A stretch of 52,127 nt of DNA, taken from a virus (lineage: Duplodnaviria > Caudoviricetes). This document shows, piece after piece, positions 1 to 8,432 of this stretch; position 1 is the first letter of the stretch; every line of letters starts with the position of its first letter. Both the position numbers and the translations under genes were made by a program. The DNA is taken from IMG/VR virus record IMGVR_UViG_3300036979_000430, positions 1-52,127 of that record. One strand, given 5' to 3'. The notes below the pieces were generated by a model. The model was not told the origin of the DNA. It did not search any database and saw only the letters and a list, made by a program, of their open reading frames with translations.

Positions 1-19
1 GCATGACCTGGCCCACCGC

Positions 20-460
20 ATGGCGAATCCCGAACAGTTCCACGAGCTGGTAAGGACACTCCCGGAGTACACCCCATCCGAAGTCCCTCGGCTTGCCCCT
101 GGCGTTACCGAGAACAGTCCGCATTGGATACGGTGGACACCGGCACAGCGCCTAGCTCACGTGGATCGCGTGGCTGATGCCGTGGCCAGGTTGCGTGCTA
201 GTGCCATTGATGACGCCAGCATGATCAACGGGGGTGATGATTCGGTTATCAGCCAACTCAAGATTGGTCGCTTTTTATTTGAAAAGTCGCTGCAGGGTGT
301 TTGGCCTATGAATTTTGACACAATGAAGTCATCCGCCACCTGGGTGCTGCGAAACCCCGCATTGGCAGACGATCTGATCGCTTTGGCCCGCAGCGGTGAA
401 CTCAAGCCGGCGGCGCCTGATCGGGTGGTGGCTGAGTTTGTTGAAAAAAGGGGGGTATGA
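20..460 (+). CDS. Hypothetical phage protein
   Basis: 146-aa ORF whose TGA overlaps the ATG of the next gene (ATGA at 457-460). Confidence 0.6.
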   Translation: MANPEQFHELVRTLPEYTPSEVPRLAPGVTENSPHWIRWTPAQRLAHVDRVADAVARLRASAIDDASMINGGDDSVISQLKIGRFLFEKSLQGVWPMNFDTMKSSATWVLRNPALADDLIALARSGELKPAAPDRVVAEFVEKRGV

Positions 461-1329
461 ATGAGCTGGCACTTTTCGCAGGCTATGGAGGCGGAATTCT
501 CGGCGGCTATCTGCTCGGGTGGCGAACAGTCTGCGCCGTTGAAGTTGCCCCAGACGCCAGAGAACGACTCATGGCCCGCCAAGACGACGGCAGCCTGCGA
601 CCCTTCCCGATCTGGGACGACGTGGTCTCCTTTGACGGGAATCCTTGGGCTGGACGTGTGGATGTCATCAGTGGCGGTTTTCCATGCACCGACATTTCCG
701 CCGCTGGCAAAAAAGCAGGCATTGCCGGAAAGCAATCAGGACTCTGGAGTGAGTTTGCTCGGATCATTGGCGAGGTTCGACCCCGCTACGTCCTCGTGGA
801 AAACTCCCCAGCTCTCGTTGCTCGGGGGCTTGGAACCGTTCTCGGAGATCTGGCCACGCTGGGGTTTGATGCGCGATGGGGTGTGCTGGGAGCAGATGAA
901 ACCGCCCTCGCGACTCATTGCGGAGAGATCCCGCTCTGCCACGAGAGGGACCGAATCTGGATCGTGGGTTGCCGACAAGGCACCGACCCCGACGGTTTGC
1001 GGGAATTACAACCGCAAAGGGGCCAGTCCAACGAGTGGAGACGGATTGGCGACGTGGGTGCGGCAGCGCTTGCCGACGCCCATATGTCACGACGCCAAGG
1101 TTATGGGCCCGTCCGAGCTGGATCGAAACTCGGTGTGCCTTGCTGCAATGGTGAAGTGGCCCAAAAACAGCCAGCAACCTGGTGGTCCGCTGAACCCGGA
1201 ATGGGTCGAGTGGCTCATGGGGTGGCCAATCGGGTGGACCGACTTAGGGGCCTTGGAAACGGGCAGGTTCCAGCAGTGGCAGCACTCGCATGGGAGACCT
1301 TGGCGCAATCTTTGATTTGCGACCGGTGA
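457..1329 (+). CDS. DNA (cytosine-5) methyltransferase, main (alpha-like) polypeptide
   Basis: Motif I LFAGYGG, motif IV GGFPC, motif VI ENS, motif VIII RDRIWIVG and motif X RLRGLGNGQVP. No motif IX in this frame. Confidence 0.92.
   Translation: MNELALFAGYGGGILGGYLLGWRTVCAVEVAPDARERLMARQDDGSLRPFPIWDDVVSFDGNPWAGRVDVISGGFPCTDISAAGKKAGIAGKQSGLWSEFARIIGEVRPRYVLVENSPALVARGLGTVLGDLATLGFDARWGVLGADETALATHCGEIPLCHERDRIWIVGCRQGTDPDGLRELQPQRGQSNEWRRIGDVGAAALADAHMSRRQGYGPVRAGSKLGVPCCNGEVAQKQPATWWSAEPGMGRVAHGVANRVDRLRGLGNGQVPAVAALAWETLAQSLICDR
461..1315 (+). CDS. Alternative-frame polypeptide nested in the methyltransferase, carrying a motif IX-like segment (beta-like subunit)
   Basis: 284 stop-free codons in the +1 frame with its own ATG; contains two PTP repeats and LNPEWVEWLMGWPIGWT, which resembles C5-MTase motif IX. 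Confidence 0.7.
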   Translation: MSWHFSQAMEAEFSAAICSGGEQSAPLKLPQTPENDSWPAKTTAACDPSRSGTTWSPLTGILGLDVWMSSVAVFHAPTFPPLAKKQALPESNQDSGVSLLGSLARFDPATSSWKTPQLSLLGGLEPFSEIWPRWGLMRDGVCWEQMKPPSRLIAERSRSATRGTESGSWVADKAPTPTVCGNYNRKGASPTSGDGLATWVRQRLPTPICHDAKVMGPSELDRNSVCLAAMVKWPKNSQQPGGPLNPEWVEWLMGWPIGWTDLGALETGRFQQWQHSHGRPWRNL

Positions 1330-1422
1330 CATTGCGCATCTGTAACACCGCTTTCCAAAAGCGGCGGCCATGGCTTACGATTGGGAGACGGCAGCAGCCG
1401 GCCACCACCGCACCAAACCACG

Positions 1423-1719
1423 ATGGCAGCAAGCATCTCTTTTGATGATTTTGAAGCACACGACCAACGCATTACGCAGCTTGAGCAGGGGCTCTCAGAG
1501 CGGCCCGTTACCTACGCGGTGCAAGACAGCATCCTGAACCGTTTAGCGGCACTGGAAGACCGCCTACTAGCCCCTGACGACCAGCCCACTTACGACCAGC
1601 TCAGCACCGTGGTCTTACGGGCCGAGTATGACGCCTGGCAGCGGGTCAACCCTGGCGCCGATGTGGTGGAGTGGACGATCCATTTCGCCCGCACACGGGG
1701 CATGGGGGTGGCAGCATGA
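1423..1719 (+). CDS. Hypothetical protein (short coiled coil)
   Basis: ATG at 1423 after an ACC-rich leader and a TACGAT -10-like box; stop overlaps the next ATG. Confidence 0.6.
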   Translation: MAASISFDDFEAHDQRITQLEQGLSERPVTYAVQDSILNRLAALEDRLLAPDDQPTYDQLSTVVLRAEYDAWQRVNPGADVVEWTIHFARTRGMGVAA

Positions 1720-1982
1720 GCGGCCCCGCCTTCCCCGGCCCCCGTCGCTGGCGTGGCCACGACTATCGCATCAGGATTACCCCCGGCAACCCAAAGCCGG
1801 TCGCTCGCGTGGTTCATGGCTCTGTTTACGGGCGAGTGATTCGCGTGTTGTTCCTTTGCAATGCGGTCGCTGCGATCGCCACATGGACCATCGGTGCCCC
1901 CGTGGTGGCTCAGCGCATATTAATCGGGCTTTGGATGGCTTCCGCTGTGCTGGTGTTGATTGACGAGGTGCGGCAGCCATGA
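1716..1982 (+). CDS. Hypothetical small membrane protein
   Basis: ATGA-coupled start at 1716; two hydrophobic segments in the C-terminal half. Confidence 0.6.
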   Translation: MSGPAFPGPRRWRGHDYRIRITPGNPKPVARVVHGSVYGRVIRVLFLCNAVAAIATWTIGAPVVAQRILIGLWMASAVLVLIDEVRQP

Positions 1983-2425
1983 CCACACCCAACATTCGCA
2001 CTGCACTGGACACGTTCCAGCGGGCAGCCAATCACGGCCCCACCATTCTCGCCGCCCTGGAGCGGTTGATTGAACTGGAAGACACGGCCAGCACCAATGG
2101 CGCAGACCCTGATGCGACGGCATGGAATGACGCCGTTGCCACTGGCCGTGCCGCTCTGAAAGCGGATAAAGCCTACCGAGATCTTAACAAAACACTTAAA
2201 ATAGAAAGACCAGAACTAACAGACGTAGACCTCTGGGAATTATTGCCAAAGCAATTCAAAGATGATTTGCTGGAAATGTTGGGAATGGCAAGCCTTAAAC
2301 TGCCCCCACATTGTACCGCTGGGAGGTTGTTATTACTGCTTACTCCCAATTTACTAGCTGGAATCCGCGCCGTTATTGCTGCTGATCGTGAATTACTGAA
2401 CACCCCCACCAAGGAACAACTATGA
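1979..2425 (+). CDS. Hypothetical protein
   Basis: Coupled at both ends; ALERLIELED...WNDAVATGRAALKA module resembles the N-termini of 2422-4290 and 50092-50433. Confidence 0.65.
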   Translation: MTTPNIRTALDTFQRAANHGPTILAALERLIELEDTASTNGADPDATAWNDAVATGRAALKADKAYRDLNKTLKIERPELTDVDLWELLPKQFKDDLLEMLGMASLKLPPHCTAGRLLLLLTPNLLAGIRAVIAADRELLNTPTKEQL

Positions 2426-4290
2426 CCATCCCAACGCCCCGCGCCGCCCTGGAGCGGTTGCTCGCCAGGCTTGATGAAACAACCGACAAAGATGGTCCCG
2501 TGCCGGCGTGGATGGATTCCTATTGCACTGCTGTCCAGTCCCTGAAGGCTGAGCCGGAACTGGAGGGGCCAAGCCTCAATGATGTTGACGAGCTGTGCGC
2601 CGAGTTTGGGTTTCATCTTGACGGCGACCAGGGCGACGGTTTTGAGATCCTGCGCGACATGATCACCGCCGCTATTGCCCGCTGGCGTGCTCCGGTTGTT
2701 GAGCCCTTCACCCCGCCAGCGTCGGAGCAGGGTGATGCCTGGTGGCACGAACTCATCAGCGAGATTGCCAGGGTTCAGCATGTCGCGCAAGGCGAAGGCC
2801 AAGGGCCACGGTTTGACCTGGCCAAGGCCGTTAAGTTGTCGCGCCGTCCCACCCCGCCAGCGCCGGAGCCGCCCGCTGAATCCCTCGCGGCTCGCCCGCT
2901 ACTGGAGCAGGTATCCCGGCTGGGTCGTATCGGCGCTCCCACCATGAGCGAAATCGTAGTGATCAGCAACCGCGCCGCCGCTTGGCTGCGGCAGAATCCA
3001 CCAAGCCAGCCGGTGGCGATTGAGCCGAGGGGTTGCCCGACGCCAGGGGCCTGTTCGTGCGTTGAACCCACCCCGCCAGCGCCGGAGGTGGGGGAGTTGA
3101 GCACCGATTTTCGCTCTCTGTGTGCTGCTATGTTGTCATGGTGGGGCCTGTTGGCTCTCCCTGAATGCGCAAGGCCACAGGATCAGGCATTGTTTGACGA
3201 GCTGGGGCGACTGGCCCGCGCCGCCCTGAAGGCCGAGCCGGTGGCTACCCCCGCGACGCAAGAGCTTGACGGGGATCGCGTTCAGAAACTGGCCGCGATC
3301 ATCAGGGAGGCGGACCCCGCACGACTGCCCAGAGCATGGTCCCATCAGTTTGCTCAAGCGCTCCTGGCGCACCCAGGTTTTAGCGGCTGCTGCGATGGCC
3401 CCGCCGCCCCGCCAGCGCCGGAGCCGCCCGCCGAAGCCCTTGCCGCCCGCCCGCTGTTGGAGCAGGTAGCTGCAATGGCTGATTGCATCGGCGCCAAGAC
3501 CGTGGGCCAGATCACGGCGATCAGCAACCGCGCTGCCGTCTGGCTGCGGGAGAATCCACCAGGCCGGCCGGCGGCGATCGAGCCGACCCCGCCAGCGCCG
3601 GAGCCGGGGGAGGTGGGGGAGTTGGTGAACTCCCTCACGCTGATCGGCGACGGAATGAATGCCCTGAACCATGAGGCAGATTCGTGGGTCGTCGCCCGCG
3701 CCGCCACCCTGCTCCAGCAGCAGGAGTCCGGGCTGGCCGCCCTGCGGGGGGTGCCAGTGGGTGAGGATCTGCCAAAGCCCAACACCAAGGTGCTTGCGTT
3801 TTACCTCAACAAATTGGGCAAAGGGCGAACCATTTGCGCTATCTGGGTGCCCGCAAAGACGCGAGTAAGCGACAGCGATATTGACGAAGACCTTGAATTT
3901 GAATATGACGATGAAACAGATCAGTTCTACTGGCCTGAGGGCTGGTACGAAACAATCGAGAACTGGGAGGAATTTGGCTATCTCAAGGTTTATGAAGGCG
4001 AGGTGGTTTACTGGCAACCACTTCCAAAGTGGCCCGCCAACGCCCTGCCAGCGCCCCAGGCCGGGGAGGCCCAGCCACCCCACCCCACATTCCTAGACGC
4101 CATTCGACTGGCCCAAGGCTGCCACGACTATTCAGGCGGCCATAGCGGGCAGCAAGGGGAGGCGTTCCAGGACGGCGTCGGCACGGTTGTGGCTGTGCTC
4201 AAAAAGGCAGCAGTCGGGTCGTGGGATTCCCAGACCATGGCGGTGTTTGGTGTGGGGTCAGCGCCTCAGGCTGGGGAGGGGGAGGCGTGA
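2422..4290 (+). CDS. Modular hypothetical protein with internal repeats and a DUF551-like domain
   Basis: 622 aa; repeated PPAPE linkers, duplicated LAARPLLEQV...ISNRAAxWLRxNPP module, and an LPKPNTKVL...YWQPLP segment. Confidence 0.7.
   Translation: MTIPTPRAALERLLARLDETTDKDGPVPAWMDSYCTAVQSLKAEPELEGPSLNDVDELCAEFGFHLDGDQGDGFEILRDMITAAIARWRAPVVEPFTPPASEQGDAWWHELISEIARVQHVAQGEGQGPRFDLAKAVKLSRRPTPPAPEPPAESLAARPLLEQVSRLGRIGAPTMSEIVVISNRAAAWLRQNPPSQPVAIEPRGCPTPGACSCVEPTPPAPEVGELSTDFRSLCAAMLSWWGLLALPECARPQDQALFDELGRLARAALKAEPVATPATQELDGDRVQKLAAIIREADPARLPRAWSHQFAQALLAHPGFSGCCDGPAAPPAPEPPAEALAARPLLEQVAAMADCIGAKTVGQITAISNRAAVWLRENPPGRPAAIEPTPPAPEPGEVGELVNSLTLIGDGMNALNHEADSWVVARAATLLQQQESGLAALRGVPVGEDLPKPNTKVLAFYLNKLGKGRTICAIWVPAKTRVSDSDIDEDLEFEYDDETDQFYWPEGWYETIENWEEFGYLKVYEGEVVYWQPLPKWPANALPAPQAGEAQPPHPTFLDAIRLAQGCHDYSGGHSGQQGEAFQDGVGTVVAVLKKAAVGSWDSQTMAVFGVGSAPQAGEGEA
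2590..2706 (+). repeat. 117-nt module repeated at 33038-33154
   Basis: Both copies encode ELCAEF..H.D.D.....ILRDMITAAIARWRAPVxEP and share an identical core ATCCTGCGCGACATGATCACCGCCGCTAT. Confidence 0.85.
2711..3603 (+). repeat. Five copies of the 17-nt linker CCCCGCCAGCGCCGGAG, plus a ~170-nt duplicated module
   Basis: Copies at 2852, 3071, 3407, 3587 (exact) and 2711 (1 mismatch); 2852-3025 resembles 3407-3585. Confidence 0.85.
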
Positions 4291-5267
4291 AACAAAAAGT
4301 GATTACCCCTGCAATAGCTAATTGCGCAAGATGCGGCGCAAAAGCTGTAGCTCTTGACTGGAATTTTCGCGATAGGTGGCGGGTTCATTGTGACAATGCT
4401 CACACCTCAACTAAGGAATGTGGGACGGTCCATCGCGCAATATGCCGATGGAATAACGCTCAGGCACGCATCGCCATCGAACTGGAGCAGCGACCATTGG
4501 TGGCGGCGGGATCACCGGCGCCGCCAGTGGCACCCTGCCCCTCATCGGCACCGTCGGCTAAAGGCGTCTTCATCGCGCTAGAGGGAATCGACGGCTGCGG
4601 CAAAACCACCCAGCTACAGGCCCTGCACCGATGGCTGCCCACCAGCGGCCTAATGCCCCCAGGCGCTCGGCTGATAGTGACCCGTGAGCCAGGCGGCACA
4701 GCTCTGGGCCAGGCCCTGCGGAAGCTGCTGCTGCACCCTCCCGCCACTGTCCAGCCAGCGCCTACTGCCGAGCTGCTGCTTTACGCAGCCGACCGCGCCC
4801 AGCATGTTGCCGAGGTGATCCGCCCGGCGCTCGATCGCGGGGATTGGGTGCTGTGCGATCGCTTCACCGGGTCCACCGCCGCGTATCAGGGGTATGGCAG
4901 GGGGCTGGACCTAGAGGCGATCTACGCCCTGGAGTCCATCGCAACCAGCGACATTCCATTCAGTCTGCAGCCCGACCTGACCATCTGGCTGGATGTGTCC
5001 CTCGCCGAGTCCCGCCGCCGCCGTGGTGGCCAACTGGCCGACCGCATTGAGGGGGAGGGGGAAGAGTTCATGGCCCGCGTGGATGATGGGTTCCTGGAGC
5101 TGGCCATGCAACGGGATTGGGCCCGAGTCAATGCTGATCAGCCCGTGGCCGACATGACAAAGACCTGCCGCAACATTATCCGCACCGCACTGGAAACCTG
5201 CAGAACACAGCAGCAGTCCGGTGCTATCCCCCGTTGTCCCAGTTCAGGAAGTAGTACCGGGCCCTGA
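4287..5267 (+). CDS. tmk: Thymidylate kinase with N-terminal Lar-like zinc-ribbon extension
   Basis: FIALEGIDGCGKTTQ P-loop, TREPGGT, LYAADRAQH and DRFTGST. The N-terminus has CARCG...VHC...AICRWN. GTG start at 4287 overlaps the previous TGA. Confidence 0.9.
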   Translation: MKQKVITPAIANCARCGAKAVALDWNFRDRWRVHCDNAHTSTKECGTVHRAICRWNNAQARIAIELEQRPLVAAGSPAPPVAPCPSSAPSAKGVFIALEGIDGCGKTTQLQALHRWLPTSGLMPPGARLIVTREPGGTALGQALRKLLLHPPATVQPAPTAELLLYAADRAQHVAEVIRPALDRGDWVLCDRFTGSTAAYQGYGRGLDLEAIYALESIATSDIPFSLQPDLTIWLDVSLAESRRRRGGQLADRIEGEGEEFMARVDDGFLELAMQRDWARVNADQPVADMTKTCRNIIRTALETCRTQQQSGAIPRCPSSGSSTGP

Positions 5268-5442
5268 CGGTTCACCTATCTACCGCATTTGGGCTGGTCC
5301 CCATTGCGTCGAGGCCCCATCCGGTGGAGCCGCATGGCAGAAGCTGCGGGCCCTATGCAGGGATATTGGCATCACTTTGGCGGTTACGGGCGTTGCGGAG
5401 CCCACTGCAGGGCCCTCGCCGGTGCCTGATCCAGGTGTCTAG
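5221..5442 (+). CDS. Hypothetical protein
   Basis: 73-aa ORF preceded by GGAAACCT (5192-5199); converges on the lysin. Confidence 0.5.
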   Translation: MLSPVVPVQEVVPGPDGSPIYRIWAGPHCVEAPSGGAAWQKLRALCRDIGITLAVTGVAEPTAGPSPVPDPGV

Positions 5443-6161
5443 CTGAACAGCCACGCCCACCCGCTGGCGGGGCCCTCAACCAGCCATCTGGGATTCAAGT
5501 TCCGGTAGCTGTAGCGCTGCCCTCGTCCAGAGTCTTCGCCAATACGGCTCCAGCCACCGGCCACCAAATTGATCTCCCCGAAGGGATCGTTCACGATCCA
5601 ACTGCCGCCCTTGGTGGCATCGAACCCGTAGCAGGGTATCCAATGACCCCCGCCAGTCGGGGCGGTAACAGGACCATCCTGCAAGACGCCCATGCACAGC
5701 GGTAGGCCTGCCCTGATCTCTGCCTGAGCTTGTGAAGCCGTGCAATTTTGCACAAATCTTGCTTTGACGCCTAACGCTTTTAGTGCTTGCTGATGCGCAG
5801 CTTGGCTGGTGGTGTCCCCATAGCAATTGACCACCTTCACGTAGTCAAGATCATCACTGATCCCGCCCACCCCAAGGTACGCCAGGCACATTGCCAGGCT
5901 TGACGATTGGCACTGCCGCCATCCTTCGGGGCCGTTGTCCAGTTGCGGAAACCACGGGAAACCAGTCAATGGATTGGTGGCCTTTGGTATCAACGGTTCC
6001 TTGGGGGCAGGGTCGGCCCTGAACAGCTCCGCAAATTCCGCCACTTCAGACCCCGTCAGTTGCTCCTGCAGCCAGTTCCATGCCGCTTGCTGATGCGGAA
6101 GGATCGGGCTGGTGGTGGCCAGGGCTGCCGCGTCCAGCCTGATTGTCGGAGTTGGTGCCAT
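5439..6161 (-). CDS. C39-like cysteine peptidase, putative endolysin
   Basis: WFPQLDN...RQCQSSSLAM (catalytic Cys), GGGHW (His) and NDPFG (Asp); lies at the end of the late region after membrane-protein genes. Confidence 0.75.
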   Translation of the reverse strand: MAPTPTIRLDAAALATTSPILPHQQAAWNWLQEQLTGSEVAEFAELFRADPAPKEPLIPKATNPLTGFPWFPQLDNGPEGWRQCQSSSLAMCLAYLGVGGISDDLDYVKVVNCYGDTTSQAAHQQALKALGVKARFVQNCTASQAQAEIRAGLPLCMGVLQDGPVTAPTGGGHWIPCYGFDATKGGSWIVNDPFGEINLVAGGWSRIGEDSGRGQRYSYRNLNPRWLVEGPASGWAWLFS

Positions 6162-6508
6162 CGCGGTTTACCTGCTGCCCTAGATTTCCCGGCAAGCTCA
6201 GCAACGCCAGAGACACCGTGCCGACCGCCGCTTTCTCCTGGAGCATTCAGCGGGTATTTGCTGTGCCAGGTAAGCGCGGTCTCGGCATCTTGGGCCGCGC
6301 CTTTGACCTCCTGCCCGGTGGCACAATGCTTAACGCGCATTGCATCCATCGAGGGGTTGTTGGGGTGACGGTCAAGATAATCAGCACCACCAGGGCCGAG
6401 ATCGTCAACTCTGAGCCGGTGATCATGACCAGGGGTGACACGCTGCCTGATGACCTAGTGCCGTGGCAGGAAGAGCTGCTGAAGGCTTTCCAGGGCCAGC
6501 CGGCCTAA
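6143..6508 (+). CDS. Hypothetical protein (true start probably the GTG at 6263)
   Basis: Fills the gap between lysin and peroxidase; preceded by a GGCAAGCT variant motif at ~6191. Confidence 0.45.
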   Translation: MSELVPSRFTCCPRFPGKLSNARDTVPTAAFSWSIQRVFAVPGKRGLGILGRAFDLLPGGTMLNAHCIHRGVVGVTVKIISTTRAEIVNSEPVIMTRGDTLPDDLVPWQEELLKAFQGQPA

Positions 6509-6517
6509 GGTCAGGAG

Positions 6518-8245
6518 TTAAACGCCAAGCCTTGCCAGCAGTGAAGAATCAGCGGGCAGGTTACGGCGCACCAGGGCGTCGATGCTTGATGTTGCGTTGA
6601 TCAGCTCTAGCCCATAGGCGGTAAGGGTTTCGGTTGTATAAATTGCTTTTGAAAGAAGCGGATTGGTGTAAATTTGCGTCAAGGCGTCATAGGCGACCAT
6701 GGTAAGCATTAACGATCCGAACAAAGCGCCAGGCTGGGGATCCTCAGCAAACAGGCCCGCCACTAACTCTAGCCCATCAATGTTTCCATAAAGAGTTTCT
6801 AGCTTTTGACGCAAGTCGTTGTCTTGGGTAAGTTCCGTGAAGTCTTTTAGCTTAGCAAGGCCAAAGTTTTGGCGGTAGCTATTGTAACTCTGTAGCCTAA
6901 AATCTCTGCCCATTTCGATGGTCTGATATTCCGCCCCCATCAAGAAATCGGGGTTGTTCCCTAGGCTGATACGTCCCGCAGTCTGAACCGATGCGTTGCT
7001 GACGATGCTGGCCAGACCTTCCGCCTCCAGTAGCTCATTATTCCACCGATAGGATGAATGCTGCACGGTTGCGTCATTGACAATTAACTGGTCCGGAACA
7101 AGGCCATGCCAGCGATATAGCAGGTTGAATTCAAGTGCTATCCAGTTGGTGCGATACCAGGGCTGACTCTCAGCAAAGCTGGTATCAAACCGAAACAATG
7201 AATCCCCTGTTATGTGATTTATGTAATCTTCAATAGTCAGCTTTAGCAGTAGGCAGGTATTTATCATGCGTGCCGTTTGGAATAGTCGCTCGTCATCATC
7301 TCCCCAGTTAAGGTCAGGGATTCTGCTCAGTTCTTGGCAGATGCGGTTGTGCTCCCGCAAAAAAATGGTGCTCAGAGCCACATACCCTACCGATGAGTTC
7401 CCCCGATCAAGGCCGGTTGCATAGAGCCTATCAAGCCTGGCATTACGTTGCGCCGTGGTCAGGGTGCCAGGGGGGAAGCTCTTGTCTAGGGCTGTCTTTA
7501 CCCATTCGGTGCTGCCGTGCGGATACAGCCCCTTGCCAGGGATCGTATTGCCACTGGAATCCAAACAGCTATATTTAGCCTTAACTTGCCATTCGCCTGC
7601 TTCATTTCGCTCTCCTAGATAGTCGGGATATTCCTCCCTGTTTATGATTTGAGAGCTTAGGCGTCCTCCAGAGTGACTTCGTAAACACCGAGCTTCGTGC
7701 TCATACAACCCATATATCTGACAGAGATCAACATCATGGTTGGAAGTATTTTTGCGTCGGTCGTCGGGGTCGGTGCGCAGAACGCTGTCGGTGAACCATT
7801 GGGCGAAGAACATGAACAGAACGGATGAGCGATCCGTCTGCATTGCCTCACCCCTGGCGAAGAGGGACGTGATAGGGCCCCATTTGCCCGGTCCGCTTAG
7901 AGCGTCGTCAGGTAGTGCCGCAGTCCAGCTCTCGCAGGCAGGGGGTAGGTGACGCGCAGAGAATTGGCGATCTGTCAGCGATGGCCAGGATGTGTAATCT
8001 GAAACCGGGCCATTGGGGCCACCTTTTACAACCGCCACAGGAGACCAAAGGCTGAACGGCCTGGGGCGGGCGGTTGTGGAGCTGGCCAGCAGGTTGGTGA
8101 TGGATCGGTTGATCCACGCTCCTAGCCAGGGGATTGCCGAGGCCCGCACGAGGAGCCTGCGCAGCGACCGCGACCGTATCAGAACCGACAAGAGCATTAG
8201 CTTTTCTCCTGTGTCACGGATTGTGAGTGCGGTTTGGTACGGCAA
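6518..8245 (-). CDS. Heme peroxidase of the peroxidase-cyclooxygenase superfamily (PGHS/fatty-acid dioxygenase-like)
   Basis: FFAQWFTD, HDVDLCQIYG, FLREHNRIC, DERLFQTAR, IEDYINH and EFNLLYRWH (compare COX EFNTLYHWH, with the catalytic Tyr and proximal His), then GRDFRLQSYNSYR and ELVAGLFAE. Confidence 0.9.
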   Translation of the reverse strand: MPYQTALTIRDTGEKLMLLSVLIRSRSLRRLLVRASAIPWLGAWINRSITNLLASSTTARPRPFSLWSPVAVVKGGPNGPVSDYTSWPSLTDRQFSARHLPPACESWTAALPDDALSGPGKWGPITSLFARGEAMQTDRSSVLFMFFAQWFTDSVLRTDPDDRRKNTSNHDVDLCQIYGLYEHEARCLRSHSGGRLSSQIINREEYPDYLGERNEAGEWQVKAKYSCLDSSGNTIPGKGLYPHGSTEWVKTALDKSFPPGTLTTAQRNARLDRLYATGLDRGNSSVGYVALSTIFLREHNRICQELSRIPDLNWGDDDERLFQTARMINTCLLLKLTIEDYINHITGDSLFRFDTSFAESQPWYRTNWIALEFNLLYRWHGLVPDQLIVNDATVQHSSYRWNNELLEAEGLASIVSNASVQTAGRISLGNNPDFLMGAEYQTIEMGRDFRLQSYNSYRQNFGLAKLKDFTELTQDNDLRQKLETLYGNIDGLELVAGLFAEDPQPGALFGSLMLTMVAYDALTQIYTNPLLSKAIYTTETLTAYGLELINATSSIDALVRRNLPADSSLLARLGV

Positions 8246-8432
8246 TGCCTAGCGCTGTGGTGGCTGCGCCGGTAAGGGCAACGATTGCAACGGTGCGGCT
8301 TTCGGCGCAGGCCCTGCCGCCAGCATGTTTGGTGCAATTCCACCAGTCAAGAACGCCAACTCCTGCGGCAGCCAGTAAGCAGAAGCCGGCAAACCCAAGA
8401 CACCAGCTTACGTAGCGTGTCACCCCCTCCAC
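8214..8432 (-). CDS. Small two-TM membrane protein (holin-like)
   Basis: Two hydrophobic helices in 72 aa, located in the lysis region. Confidence 0.5.
   Translation of the reverse strand: MEGVTRYVSWCLGFAGFCLLAAAGVGVLDWWNCTKHAGGRACAESRTVAIVALTGAATTALGIAVPNRTHNP

Noticed and set aside
2711-3603. CRISPR-like or transposon-end repeats
   Set aside because: The repeats are in-frame coding linkers with highly variable spacing.
3136-4083. 315-aa minus-strand ORF
   Set aside because: Antisense shadow of the 622-aa gene in GC-rich DNA; no recognisable motifs.
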